From: Bdellovibrionia bacterium
GTDB lineage: Bacteria; Bdellovibrionota; UBA1018
Direction of reading: 5' to 3'
NCBI GenBank assembly: GCA_045805065.1
Contig: JBJMMA010000066.1
Location: 1-17,133 of the forward strand
DNA: 17,133 nucleotides
Shown here: positions 1 through 7,198 of the stretch, piece by piece
Layout of the letters: each line of letters begins with the position of its first letter
How positions within the stretch are numbered: the first letter of the stretch is position 1
Notes under the pieces: generated by a model
Database searches by the model: none
What the model was told of the DNA's origin: nothing
The model's input: only the letters and a program-made list of their open reading frames with translations
Made by a program: the position numbers and the translations under genes

Positions 1-78
1 ACAAAATATCCATACAAAACAAAATTCCCAAAAAAACAATTTACATAACCAAGCAAAAAAGATGGATGGAAAAAAATT
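1..78. other. Low-complexity A/C-rich terminal sequence, probable read or library artefact
   Basis: There is no G until position 53, and the A-runs are unlike the balanced-GC coding sequence that follows. It mirrors the T/G-rich tail at the other end. The right boundary is approximate. Confidence 0.6.
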
Positions 79-559
79 TACCGTTGAATCATATGCTGAA
101 CTTCTATCTAAGATTCCGGGCAAGACTCCGGTGATCATGGGGACTCCAAAGGATTTTGAAAGTGTCGAACTTGTTCGATTGCTCGAGCAAAAGTGCGTGC
201 CTGTGATCTCGGCCGTAGGCTCGTGGAATCTGAAAGAAGTAGCGCAAATTATTTCAGGAGCATGGCGCTATCTGGGTAATGATACGGGACTTGGGCACTT
301 GGCAGAGGCTGTAGGGGTGCCAAGTTTTGTGGTCTTTGGCCCCACACGTGAGGATATGGGTTTTGGTCCTTGGCGTCCGGAGAGCCGCGCGATTGGAAAG
401 AGTTTAGCTTGTCGCCCTTGTGGAAAAGATGGCAGGTATTGTTATCGGCTTGGACAGCGCTTCGCTTGTATGACGGGCCTTAAGGCTCAAGATGTGATCT
501 TACAAGCACCTGAGTTGGCCGCTTTAGCTGAGAAGAAAGAGCTCAGTCGCTCGACATGA
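62..559 (+). CDS. Glycosyltransferase family 9 (ADP-heptose:LPS heptosyltransferase-like), C-terminal part, 5'-truncated
   Basis: GT9 signature 'YLGNDTGLGHLAEAVGVPSFVVFGPT' and a C-terminal 'CRPC...C...C' cluster. The N-terminal domain is missing and the listed ATG lies in the artefact-like end. It overlaps waaA by ATGA at 556-559. Confidence 0.88.
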   Translation: MDGKKFTVESYAELLSKIPGKTPVIMGTPKDFESVELVRLLEQKCVPVISAVGSWNLKEVAQIISGAWRYLGNDTGLGHLAEAVGVPSFVVFGPTREDMGFGPWRPESRAIGKSLACRPCGKDGRYCYRLGQRFACMTGLKAQDVILQAPELAALAEKKELSRST

Positions 560-2019
560 CGAAAACCGTGATCGATGCTTCTTCAGAAAAGCGCACAGGA
601 TACCGCAAGTGGAGCTTGCTTGCCCGGCTCTATAGCGTTTTCATGCGGTCCTTTGTTCAGCGAGTATTGATTCCTCGGTTCGCAAGCTCAGAACGTGTCC
701 GAGACGGTCGCAATCAATGGGCGTTCTTAAGTGAGCAGACTGGAATTAATCCAGCCGGTCTAAATCAATCTCAAAGCGAGGCTCACCGGATCTGGTGGCA
801 TGCCGCAAGCGTGGGTGAGCTTGAGATCCTTTGGCCGATCATGGTTCGAATTGCAGAAGAAGCCGCTCAAGAAAGAGAGCCTGGACAGGACTCGTCTAAG
901 TCTGCTGTGGAGTTTGTCGTCACAATCCTAAGTGAGTCGGCTAAAGAGAGGCTTGAGAAGCTGAACACCGCATTGAGCAAGCTTGGGATGCCGGTTGTGT
1001 TTTCAGGGTACTGTCCCTGGGAAGGCGATTGGACTGCGGCATTGAGTGTGCTTGAGCCGGATCTTTTTATTACGTCAAAATACGAAGCGTGGCCTGAGCT
1101 TTGGATGGGACTTGAGGAGCGGCAGATTCCGCTTCTTATTGTAAGCGCTAAAGATCGTCGCTCACTCAGGCTTTGTCGCGGCATCTGTCGAGCTTTAGGG
1201 GCGGCTCTCCCTGACATGAGTTTATTTGCGGCAATTTCGGAAGATCTGCCCGGGTTAAAAAAGAATTTCCCTCAGGCCAGAGTTGAAATGGTTGGCGAGC
1301 CTCGCTGGGATCAGGTTTGGAATCGCGCTCAGGCTGGAAGTCCAAGGGCGAAAGAGCTTGCAGCGGCTATGCAGGAGCTCCCAAGACCTTGGGGTGTCTT
1401 GGGAAGCGCATGGAGCGAGGATGTGGGCCTGTGGAACGGGTATCTTCAAAAAGTCGCCCGTGCTCCGGCTTATTCTTCAGCTCATACCTCCGACCAAGCC
1501 TTAATAGATTCCCTGGGAAGCGTCCTGATTGTTCCGCATCGAATTGATTCAGAGCATGTTCAGGAGATTGAAGATGTTTTGAAAAAAGGGAACGTAGAAT
1601 TTGTAAGGACATCTGATTTCAAGTCCGCTCAAGAGTTGAGAGAAGCCTTGAAGAGGCATTCTGCGGTCCGATGTTTAATTGTTAATGAAATGGGTTTTCT
1701 CTCTGAACTTTATTCGGTTGCTGACTGGGCTTATGTCGGAGGTGGGATCGGAAGACGTGGCGTTCACAGCACGATTGAGCCTGCTATTCATGGGATTCCA
1801 ATCTCATGCGGCACTTACCGGGCCCATCAGTTTGTCGAGATTGCGGAACTGAGAAGCACGGGACAGATGACTCTGATCCGATCGGAAGCGGAATTGGAAC
1901 ATTGGGTGAATGGACTGAAGAGCGCTTCCCAAAATCGTGATCGATGGAGAGCTGAGGCAATGCGTCGACTTGGGGCGACGGAGAGGCTCTCGCAGCGAGT
2001 ATTAGGAATGCTTCACTAG
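556..2019 (+). CDS. waaA: 3-deoxy-D-manno-octulosonic acid (Kdo) transferase, GT30
   Basis: Motifs 'IWWHAASVGE', 'YEAWPEL', 'LIVPH', 'MGFLSELYSVADWAYVGG' and 'HSTIEPA' match WaaA/KdtA. It is coupled to the GT9 gene. Confidence 0.9.
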   Translation: MTKTVIDASSEKRTGYRKWSLLARLYSVFMRSFVQRVLIPRFASSERVRDGRNQWAFLSEQTGINPAGLNQSQSEAHRIWWHAASVGELEILWPIMVRIAEEAAQEREPGQDSSKSAVEFVVTILSESAKERLEKLNTALSKLGMPVVFSGYCPWEGDWTAALSVLEPDLFITSKYEAWPELWMGLEERQIPLLIVSAKDRRSLRLCRGICRALGAALPDMSLFAAISEDLPGLKKNFPQARVEMVGEPRWDQVWNRAQAGSPRAKELAAAMQELPRPWGVLGSAWSEDVGLWNGYLQKVARAPAYSSAHTSDQALIDSLGSVLIVPHRIDSEHVQEIEDVLKKGNVEFVRTSDFKSAQELREALKRHSAVRCLIVNEMGFLSELYSVADWAYVGGGIGRRGVHSTIEPAIHGIPISCGTYRAHQFVEIAELRSTGQMTLIRSEAELEHWVNGLKSASQNRDRWRAEAMRRLGATERLSQRVLGMLH

Positions 2020-2023
2020 AACA

Positions 2024-2032
2024 TGTTATTGT
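2024..2032 (+). promoter_or_regulatory. Possible extended -10 element (TGtTATTGT) upstream of kal
   Basis: TGn-TAnnnT in an AT-rich 51-bp gap, followed by an SD-like GGAGA at 2057-2061. Confidence 0.35.
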
Positions 2033-2070
2033 AATTCTACTTTGAATCAGGGATCGGAGAGAAAAACGTT

Positions 2071-2532
2071 ATGGCAGCTGAAAACCAAAACAACCGGGAT
2101 AGAGGACAGAACTCAGGCGTAAACGCTGATGGCGTTGGCACTACCGCTACATTGCGCCTGAGAATGAGCTCACATGATGCTCACTATGCAGGTGGCTTAG
2201 TAGACGGTGCCCGCATGCTGGGCCTTTTTGGTGATGTTGCAACCGAGCTTCTGATCAAGCTCGATGGCGACGAAGGTCTGTTCCGCGCCTATCAAAGCGT
2301 TGAGTTTCTCGCGCCTGTCTTTGCCGGTGACTATATCGAAGTATCAGGAAAAATTACTCGTGTCGGAAAGACTTCGCGCGACATGGAATTTGAAGCCCGT
2401 AAGGTGATTCAGCCGCTTCCTGTTGAAAAAGGGGGCTTGGCGGTTTCGTCAGCTGAAATATTGCGTGAGCCTATTACGGTCTGCAGGGCTCGAGGAACTT
2501 GCGTCACGCCGGCAGAGCTTCAGAGAAAGTGA
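2071..2532 (+). CDS. kal: 3-aminobutyryl-CoA ammonia-lyase (hotdog fold)
   Basis: '[61 protein letters not shown]' and C-terminal '[11 protein letters not shown]' are characteristic of Kal. Confidence 0.88.
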   Translation: MAAENQNNRDRGQNSGVNADGVGTTATLRLRMSSHDAHYAGGLVDGARMLGLFGDVATELLIKLDGDEGLFRAYQSVEFLAPVFAGDYIEVSGKITRVGKTSRDMEFEARKVIQPLPVEKGGLAVSSAEILREPITVCRARGTCVTPAELQRK

Positions 2533-2583
2533 CCGGCCCGAAGAATTAAGAAGGATTAAACGGAACCAAAGGGAGCGGCAAGG

Positions 2584-4179
2584 ATGCGCCTGCGGGATCA
2601 TTACGATTGGATTGTGCTAGGAGATGACCCTGGAGCTTTGCTCAGTGCAAGCCTTGCAGCCAAGCTTGGCCTATCGGTCTTGATTCTGCCTCTCTATCCC
2701 GCACCAAGTGTGCGAATCACGGGTGGAGATGATCGTTCAGATAAAAGTGTGCTCGATCTTGAGACCAACGCGATTCCGGGGTTTGGCTCGGGAGGCCTTT
2801 GGGATGCCTGCCTGGTGGGTGCTGGAATGGCGCCACAGGAACAATCGCAGATATTGAAATCCGGCTCAAGCCCCCAGGTGCTCACTCCACGGCGTCGAGT
2901 TTTGCTGGATTCCGACCGGACTCGCTTTCTGAGCGAGGTGGCTCGAGAGTGGGGCGCTGACCTCGTTGAAAGTTGTGGTATCACAGATGCATTGAAGCAT
3001 GCCGATCCATTTATCGAGAAGTTCTGGCTCGATCTTCCCGAGAGACTCACGCTTAAGGCGACACGGGCAGAGTTGGCAAAAAAGACCACACCCGATCAGA
3101 GTGACTCGCCTGAGTTTAAAAAGGCCGTTGCAGGTACTGACCTTGGAAAACTTGCGGACCAGCTTTCTCGCATCACCGGAAAAGAAAAAGGTTCCGTTAA
3201 AGATTGGTTTTCCACGAATACGGCCTTGGGGCAGTGGGAGGCAAGGAACTCGCAGTTCGACATGCTTGAGTTCTGTGAAGGTGTGCAAGCGGCAGTCGCC
3301 GACTCGCAGGGATCTTCAGAGACCGATCTTTTCTCTGTACTGCATCAGCTGGCACTTTCACGCACGACAGGGTCGTTTCTGGGAGGGATGAGTGCCTTCA
3401 GGGAGTATCTCCTCAGGCTTGCAAGGCGGAACGGAGCAGACATTCCTCCAAAAACTGATTGTCGACAGATCTTCATCCAAAATGGACGCTTTGCGGGAGT
3501 TCTGCCTTCAATCCGGGGCAGTATGATCAGCGGCACAGGCGGTATTCTGGGCGTTCCGCTGGAATACATTCAAGCCATGCTCACACAGAGTGGACGCGCC
3601 TGGGGCAAGGGTTTCAGAACCGCTCCTAGTCCGACGGGCTGGAAATTCACTCTGGCGCTGACGCTTCATCCTGAGGCGATCCCGCCCGGAATGGCTAGAC
3701 GTGTGATCTGGCAGGAGAAGGGCGCGCCATTTATCGAGCTAGAACGGGTTCACCCATCTGAGTATGGGCAAAAAGATGGTAATCGAGTCATTCTTTTCCT
3801 TCGCACAGTGATGCCCATGACTGAGGAGAGCCTGTCGCCTTCTTATCAGCGACTCATCAGTGCAAGGTTATTGAGAAAAGCGGCTCAGATCTCGCCGTTT
3901 CTCGAGTACCACATCAGGAAGATCTATCCTGATTTCAGAACTGAAGGAACGCGGGAGCTTCATGAGGTTTTCGGATTCAAGGCTTTGACCGAAATTCCAC
4001 CTCAGCTTCTGGTTTATTCAGGGAAGGGCATGGGCGCACAGTCTGGCGTTGAAGGATTGTTCTTGTCCTCAAGGGAATCTTTCCCTGCCATGGGCATGCA
4101 TGGCGGCGCAATCTCTGCTCTGGAAGGGGTTGCCTGGGTTGCGCATCGCTCGGGGCTTGCTGGCCCTTTGCAGGCTTAG
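2584..4179 (+). CDS. Phytoene-dehydrogenase-like / FAD-oxidoreductase-fold protein with degenerate dinucleotide-binding motif
   Basis: N-terminal beta-alpha-beta 'YDWIVLGDDPGALLSASLAAKLGLSVLIL', an internal 'GGMSAF' segment, and C-terminal 'GVEGLFLSSRESFPAMGMHGGAISA', which resembles the CrtI/COG1233 family tail. SD-like sequence upstream. Confidence 0.6.
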   Translation: MRLRDHYDWIVLGDDPGALLSASLAAKLGLSVLILPLYPAPSVRITGGDDRSDKSVLDLETNAIPGFGSGGLWDACLVGAGMAPQEQSQILKSGSSPQVLTPRRRVLLDSDRTRFLSEVAREWGADLVESCGITDALKHADPFIEKFWLDLPERLTLKATRAELAKKTTPDQSDSPEFKKAVAGTDLGKLADQLSRITGKEKGSVKDWFSTNTALGQWEARNSQFDMLEFCEGVQAAVADSQGSSETDLFSVLHQLALSRTTGSFLGGMSAFREYLLRLARRNGADIPPKTDCRQIFIQNGRFAGVLPSIRGSMISGTGGILGVPLEYIQAMLTQSGRAWGKGFRTAPSPTGWKFTLALTLHPEAIPPGMARRVIWQEKGAPFIELERVHPSEYGQKDGNRVILFLRTVMPMTEESLSPSYQRLISARLLRKAAQISPFLEYHIRKIYPDFRTEGTRELHEVFGFKALTEIPPQLLVYSGKGMGAQSGVEGLFLSSRESFPAMGMHGGAISALEGVAWVAHRSGLAGPLQA

Positions 4180-5195
4180 TTCTTAATTAGGCCTGAGTAA
4201 GGAAGAAGCGTTTGAGGCGAGCGATCTGTCAGTGACCGCGGAGGCTTTGTGGTCGGCGCAAGCGTGTGTCCGCCTAAGATTTTTTCATAGAGCGCAACGT
4301 AGGATCTGGCCATGTCCAAATGAGTCAGGCCGCGAAAGACTCGAGCGCGACAATCCTCCGGACGAAAGGACTTTTCACGAATGGCGTTCAGCAGGTCATT
4401 CGCATTCTGACTTAAATAACCCACGTCGGCTGTGACCAGCTCGGGAAGTGAGCCATAGGGGGTGCCAAAGACGGAGCATCCGCTTGCAAGAGCTTCAGTC
4501 ATTGCAATGCCAAAGGGCTCATGCCAGCGAACTGGAAAAAGCAGGGCACGAGCTTTGCGAAGCACCTTCTTTTTTTCCTCATCATCGACCATGCCCAGAT
4601 AGTGGACGCCTCGAAAGGCAGGAAGTTTTCTCTGGAGCCTCAGAGGCCATTCGCGGCTGCCCATGACATAGAGAGGGTATTTGGCTGCGCGAGCAAGCTC
4701 GATGGCGCCGGCAAGGTTCTTTACTTTCCAAGACGCCTTGGCGAGAAAAACTAAAAAGTCATCTCGCACTGGGTCACAAGGGTAATCGTTTGGGTTGATT
4801 CCATTATGAACAAAAACTGAAGCACCGTGGTTTTCAGCATGCTTCCGTGACAGAAAGACCGTGTTGGGAAGAAAGGTTTCGCCCGGCTGGCCATTTCCAT
4901 GAATGGTAACCAGATACGGTTTTTTTGGAGGCTCATGAGGCGTAGCCTGCAAGTGAATCAAATCAACCGATGCGGGCAGTTTCCGCTCCCAGTGGCTTAT
5001 CCCATCGATTTTCTGATGATGATCAGGGTCGATTTTGATCAGCTCTGCGCCATCGACATGACTGCCTGGGCGAGCGACAAGCGTGACCTGATGCCCAAGC
5101 TCAAGCAAGGCCTGCGCTAGCCAGAAAACGATTCGCTCGGTTCCTCCGTATTTGCCCGGAGGAATGATGGCATCGTGATAAAGGGCGATATGCAT
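4176..5195 (-). CDS. Glycosyltransferase family 4 (GT-B)
   Basis: 'MHIAL...PPGKYGGTERIV' and the 'FPVRWHEPFGIAMTEALASG' EX7E motif. The start is more likely the ATG at 5195 than 5231. The stop codon overlaps that of the convergent gene. Confidence 0.92.
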   Translation of the reverse strand: MHIALYHDAIIPPGKYGGTERIVFWLAQALLELGHQVTLVARPGSHVDGAELIKIDPDHHQKIDGISHWERKLPASVDLIHLQATPHEPPKKPYLVTIHGNGQPGETFLPNTVFLSRKHAENHGASVFVHNGINPNDYPCDPVRDDFLVFLAKASWKVKNLAGAIELARAAKYPLYVMGSREWPLRLQRKLPAFRGVHYLGMVDDEEKKKVLRKARALLFPVRWHEPFGIAMTEALASGCSVFGTPYGSLPELVTADVGYLSQNANDLLNAIREKSFRPEDCRARVFRGLTHLDMARSYVALYEKILGGHTLAPTTKPPRSLTDRSPQTLLPYSGLIKN

Positions 5196-5202
5196 GGTGA
5201 TG

Positions 5203-5231
5203 TTGCCTGTGGGCTGACTCAAGTGTACCAT
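5203..5231 (+). promoter_or_regulatory. sigma70-type promoter for purB (TTGCCT-N17-TACCAT), overlapping a divergent extended -10 (TGgTACACT, - strand 5230-5222) for the GT4 gene
   Basis: -35 at 5203-5208 and -10 at 5226-5231 with a 17-bp spacer. The opposite-strand -10 shares the TA at 5226-5227. Confidence 0.55.
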
Positions 5232-5241
5232 GAGCGCATCT

Positions 5242-6585
5242 ATGATCCCACGCTATTCACGTCCGGAAATTTCGAGAATTTGGGAAGACCGTAATCGATA
5301 CCTCACCTGGTTGAAAGTTGAGGTGGCAGTTTGCGAGGAACTGACCCGGGAAAAATATATTCCGGCGAAGGACTGGCGCGAGCTCAAGCGCAGTACAGAC
5401 CAATTGATTCGTGATGGTGGAGTGGATCCGAAGCGGGTCGACCATTTTGAATCTATCACGCGTCATGATGTGATTGCGTTCACCACCGCTGTGGCCGAGC
5501 GTATTGGCCCGATTTCTCGTTATATCCACTTCGGACTGACATCATCGGATGTGGTCGATACGGCTCTTTCTCTTATGATTCAGGAAGCGGGAAAAATCCT
5601 TCGCCAGGATATTGTCGAGCTTCTTGAGACTTTGGAAAAGCAGGCCAAGAAGTATCGGGATCTTCCAACCATTGGTCGCTCTCATGGAATTTTTGCGGAG
5701 CCTACAAGTTTCGGTCTGAAGTTCCTAGGATGGTACGCGGAGTGGGAGCGAAATTTGGAACGTCTTGATGAGGCTCTGGAGCGCTGCCGTTATGGAAAGC
5801 TCTCAGGTGCTGTGGGCGTAAACCCTCATTGGGGACCGCGTTTTGAACAGAGAGTGCTCGCAAGACTCGGACTGAATCGTGAGCCTGTCAGTACACAGGT
5901 GATTCCTCGAGATCGGCACGCAGAATTCTTAAGTGTTCTCGCCGAATGCGGATCCTCATTGGAACGCATCGCTGTGGAACTCAGACATCTTCAACGCACG
6001 GAAGTAGGAGAAGTCTTAGAGAGCTTTCAAAAGGGGCAAAAAGGCTCAAGCGCCATGCCTCATAAGCGAAATCCAATTTCGTCTGAAAATCTCACCGGCG
6101 CAGCAAGGCTTCTGAGAGCTTACGCGCAGACGGGGCTTGAGAACGTTGCCCTTTGGCATGAGCGAGATATCAGTCATTCGTCCGTTGAGCGGATCTCGTT
6201 TCCAGATGCGACGATCCTATTGGATTATGCTCTGGCGCGGATGAATCGCATTTTGGATGGACTTACTGTTCGCGAAGAAAACGTGAAAGCCAATCTGGAG
6301 AAAGCGGGACTGACTGTCTTTTCGGGGCACTTCCTGCTTGCATTGGTTAAGGAAGGCGCGACTCGCGAGGATGCCTATGCTTGGGTCCAGAGCTGTGCTC
6401 TGGCAAGTTTTGAGGGGCAGGGAGATTTCATTGAGCTGCTCGAGAAGCACGAAGAAATTCGCAGCTATCTTACCCCCGCGCGGATTCGTCAGCTGGGATC
6501 CATGAAGTTCCAGCTCCGCCACGTGAAAGAGATCTATGCCTCCGTGCTAGGTGGTTCCAAGAAAAAGCGTCGTAAATCAGTGTGA
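5242..6585 (+). CDS. purB: Adenylosuccinate lyase
   Basis: 'MIPRYSRPE' N-terminus, 'TRHDVIAF', 'IHFGLTSSD', 'GRSHGIFAEPT' and the fumarate-lyase signature 'GSSAMPHKRNPI'. Start placed at 5242 (the ORF track gives 5230). Confidence 0.97.
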   Translation: MIPRYSRPEISRIWEDRNRYLTWLKVEVAVCEELTREKYIPAKDWRELKRSTDQLIRDGGVDPKRVDHFESITRHDVIAFTTAVAERIGPISRYIHFGLTSSDVVDTALSLMIQEAGKILRQDIVELLETLEKQAKKYRDLPTIGRSHGIFAEPTSFGLKFLGWYAEWERNLERLDEALERCRYGKLSGAVGVNPHWGPRFEQRVLARLGLNREPVSTQVIPRDRHAEFLSVLAECGSSLERIAVELRHLQRTEVGEVLESFQKGQKGSSAMPHKRNPISSENLTGAARLLRAYAQTGLENVALWHERDISHSSVERISFPDATILLDYALARMNRILDGLTVREENVKANLEKAGLTVFSGHFLLALVKEGATREDAYAWVQSCALASFEGQGDFIELLEKHEEIRSYLTPARIRQLGSMKFQLRHVKEIYASVLGGSKKKRRKSV

Positions 6586-6591
6586 GCGGAT

Positions 6592-6621
6592 TTGCTCGCA
6601 CCCGTTGCTTTGCGATACACT
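6592..6621 (+). promoter_or_regulatory. Possible sigma70 promoter (TTGCTC-N18-TACACT) giving a leaderless prepilin mRNA
   Basis: The -10 ends 6 nt before the ATG at 6628, and there is no SD sequence. Confidence 0.45.
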
Positions 6622-6627
6622 TATCCT

Positions 6628-6852
6628 ATGGAAATTTTTCGCAGGGGAATCAGAAGTCAGCTGGGTCAGGCCACGACCGAGTACATTCTGGTTCTTGCGA
6701 TGGTGGTCTCAGTTTTTTTGCTGGTCTTCAAGGGCGTGCTGTTTCCGAAGCTTCAACAGCTGCAAACGCAACTCTCGAAAAGAATCGAGTCGATGTATTC
6801 AGGCGACAATCTGCATCAGCTGAATTTTAAGATTTCCGGCCCGAAGAAATAG
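6628..6852 (+). CDS. Small Flp/TadE-like prepilin with class III signal peptide
   Basis: 74 aa. A short basic leader is followed by 'G|QATTEY' (Glu+5, Tyr+6) and the hydrophobic helix 'ILVLAMVVSVFLLVF'. Confidence 0.75.
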   Translation: MEIFRRGIRSQLGQATTEYILVLAMVVSVFLLVFKGVLFPKLQQLQTQLSKRIESMYSGDNLHQLNFKISGPKK

Positions 6853-6854
6853 CT

Positions 6855-6949
6855 AGTCGGGGAGTTTGAAGGGGGAACAAACGGACTGGCTAGCCTCAGG
6901 GATTTTTGGGGGGTAGGGGGGTTGAGCCGCTAGCCAGTCCGTTTGTTGC
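6855..6949 (-). ncRNA. Putative sigma54-dependent small RNA (long hairpin with C-rich loop); 3' end uncertain
   Basis: Predicted +1 near 6949 from the sigma54 promoter, a perfect 19-bp stem (6947-6929 with 6894-6876), loop CCCCCCUACCCCCCAAAAAUCCC, and further C-tracts 3' of the stem. No ORF seen. Confidence 0.65.
6876..6947. repeat. Perfect 19-bp inverted repeat AACAAACGGACTGGCTAGC / GCTAGCCAGTCCGTTTGTT
   Basis: Arms at 6876-6894 and 6929-6947 are exact reverse complements. An inner CTCA/TGAG pairing (6895-6898 with 6923-6926) extends the stem. Confidence 0.95.
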
Positions 6950-6959
6950 CTGATAGTAA

Positions 6960-6975
6960 AGCAACGCTCGTGCCA
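6960..6975 (-). promoter_or_regulatory. sigma54 (RpoN) -24/-12 promoter TGGCACGAGCGTTGCT
   Basis: Exact match to TGGCAC-N5-TTGCW on the - strand, with GG at 6974-6973 and GC at 6962-6961. Confidence 0.85.
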
Positions 6976-7013
6976 TTCCTTATTAAAACAATACAGAATA
7001 CAAAACTCAAACA

Positions 7014-7026
7014 ATTCAATGAGTTG
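7014..7026 (+). promoter_or_regulatory. IHF-like binding site in an AT-rich tract
   Basis: ATTCAATGAGTTG has one mismatch to WATCAANNNNTTR, has A-tracts 5' of it, and lies between the sigma54 promoter and the palindrome. Confidence 0.5.
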
Positions 7027-7060
7027 CTGTCTTTCACTGAAGTCATTTCAGACGTTTTGT

Positions 7061-7079
7061 CTGTCTAAATTTTGGACAG
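7061..7079. promoter_or_regulatory. Palindromic operator / candidate enhancer (UAS) CTGTCTAAATTTTGGACAG
   Basis: 8 of 9 arm positions are complementary (TGTC-N9-GACA). It is centred about 120 bp upstream of the predicted sigma54 start, a typical enhancer distance. Confidence 0.55.
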
Positions 7080-7122
7080 GTGAGGCTAGATTTTTCAGGA
7101 AAATGACACTCTGCAAAATAAG

Positions 7123-7151
7123 TAGACACCCTTCTCTTGACTTGTTATAAC
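7123..7151 (+). promoter_or_regulatory. sigma70 promoter for the beta-barrel gene (TAGACA-N17-TATAAC with TGn extension)
   Basis: -35 at 7123-7128, TG at 7143-7144, -10 at 7146-7151, and SD-like GAGAGGGG before the ATG at 7199. Confidence 0.65.
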
Positions 7152-7198
7152 GCGCCGCATCTTACTCGGAATTCTTTCCTGATGAAAGAGAGGGCGTA

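Noticed and set aside
6582..6830. 82-aa ORF coupled to the purB stop by GTGA
   Set aside because: It overlaps the prepilin in another frame, and only the prepilin frame has a recognisable motif.
6876..6947. Hairpin read simply as a rho-independent terminator or MITE
   Set aside because: The 34-nt interior is too large and there is no clean U-tract for a standard terminator. No target-site duplication or second copy was seen. The sigma54 promoter positioned at its base explains it better, though a secondary terminator role is not excluded.
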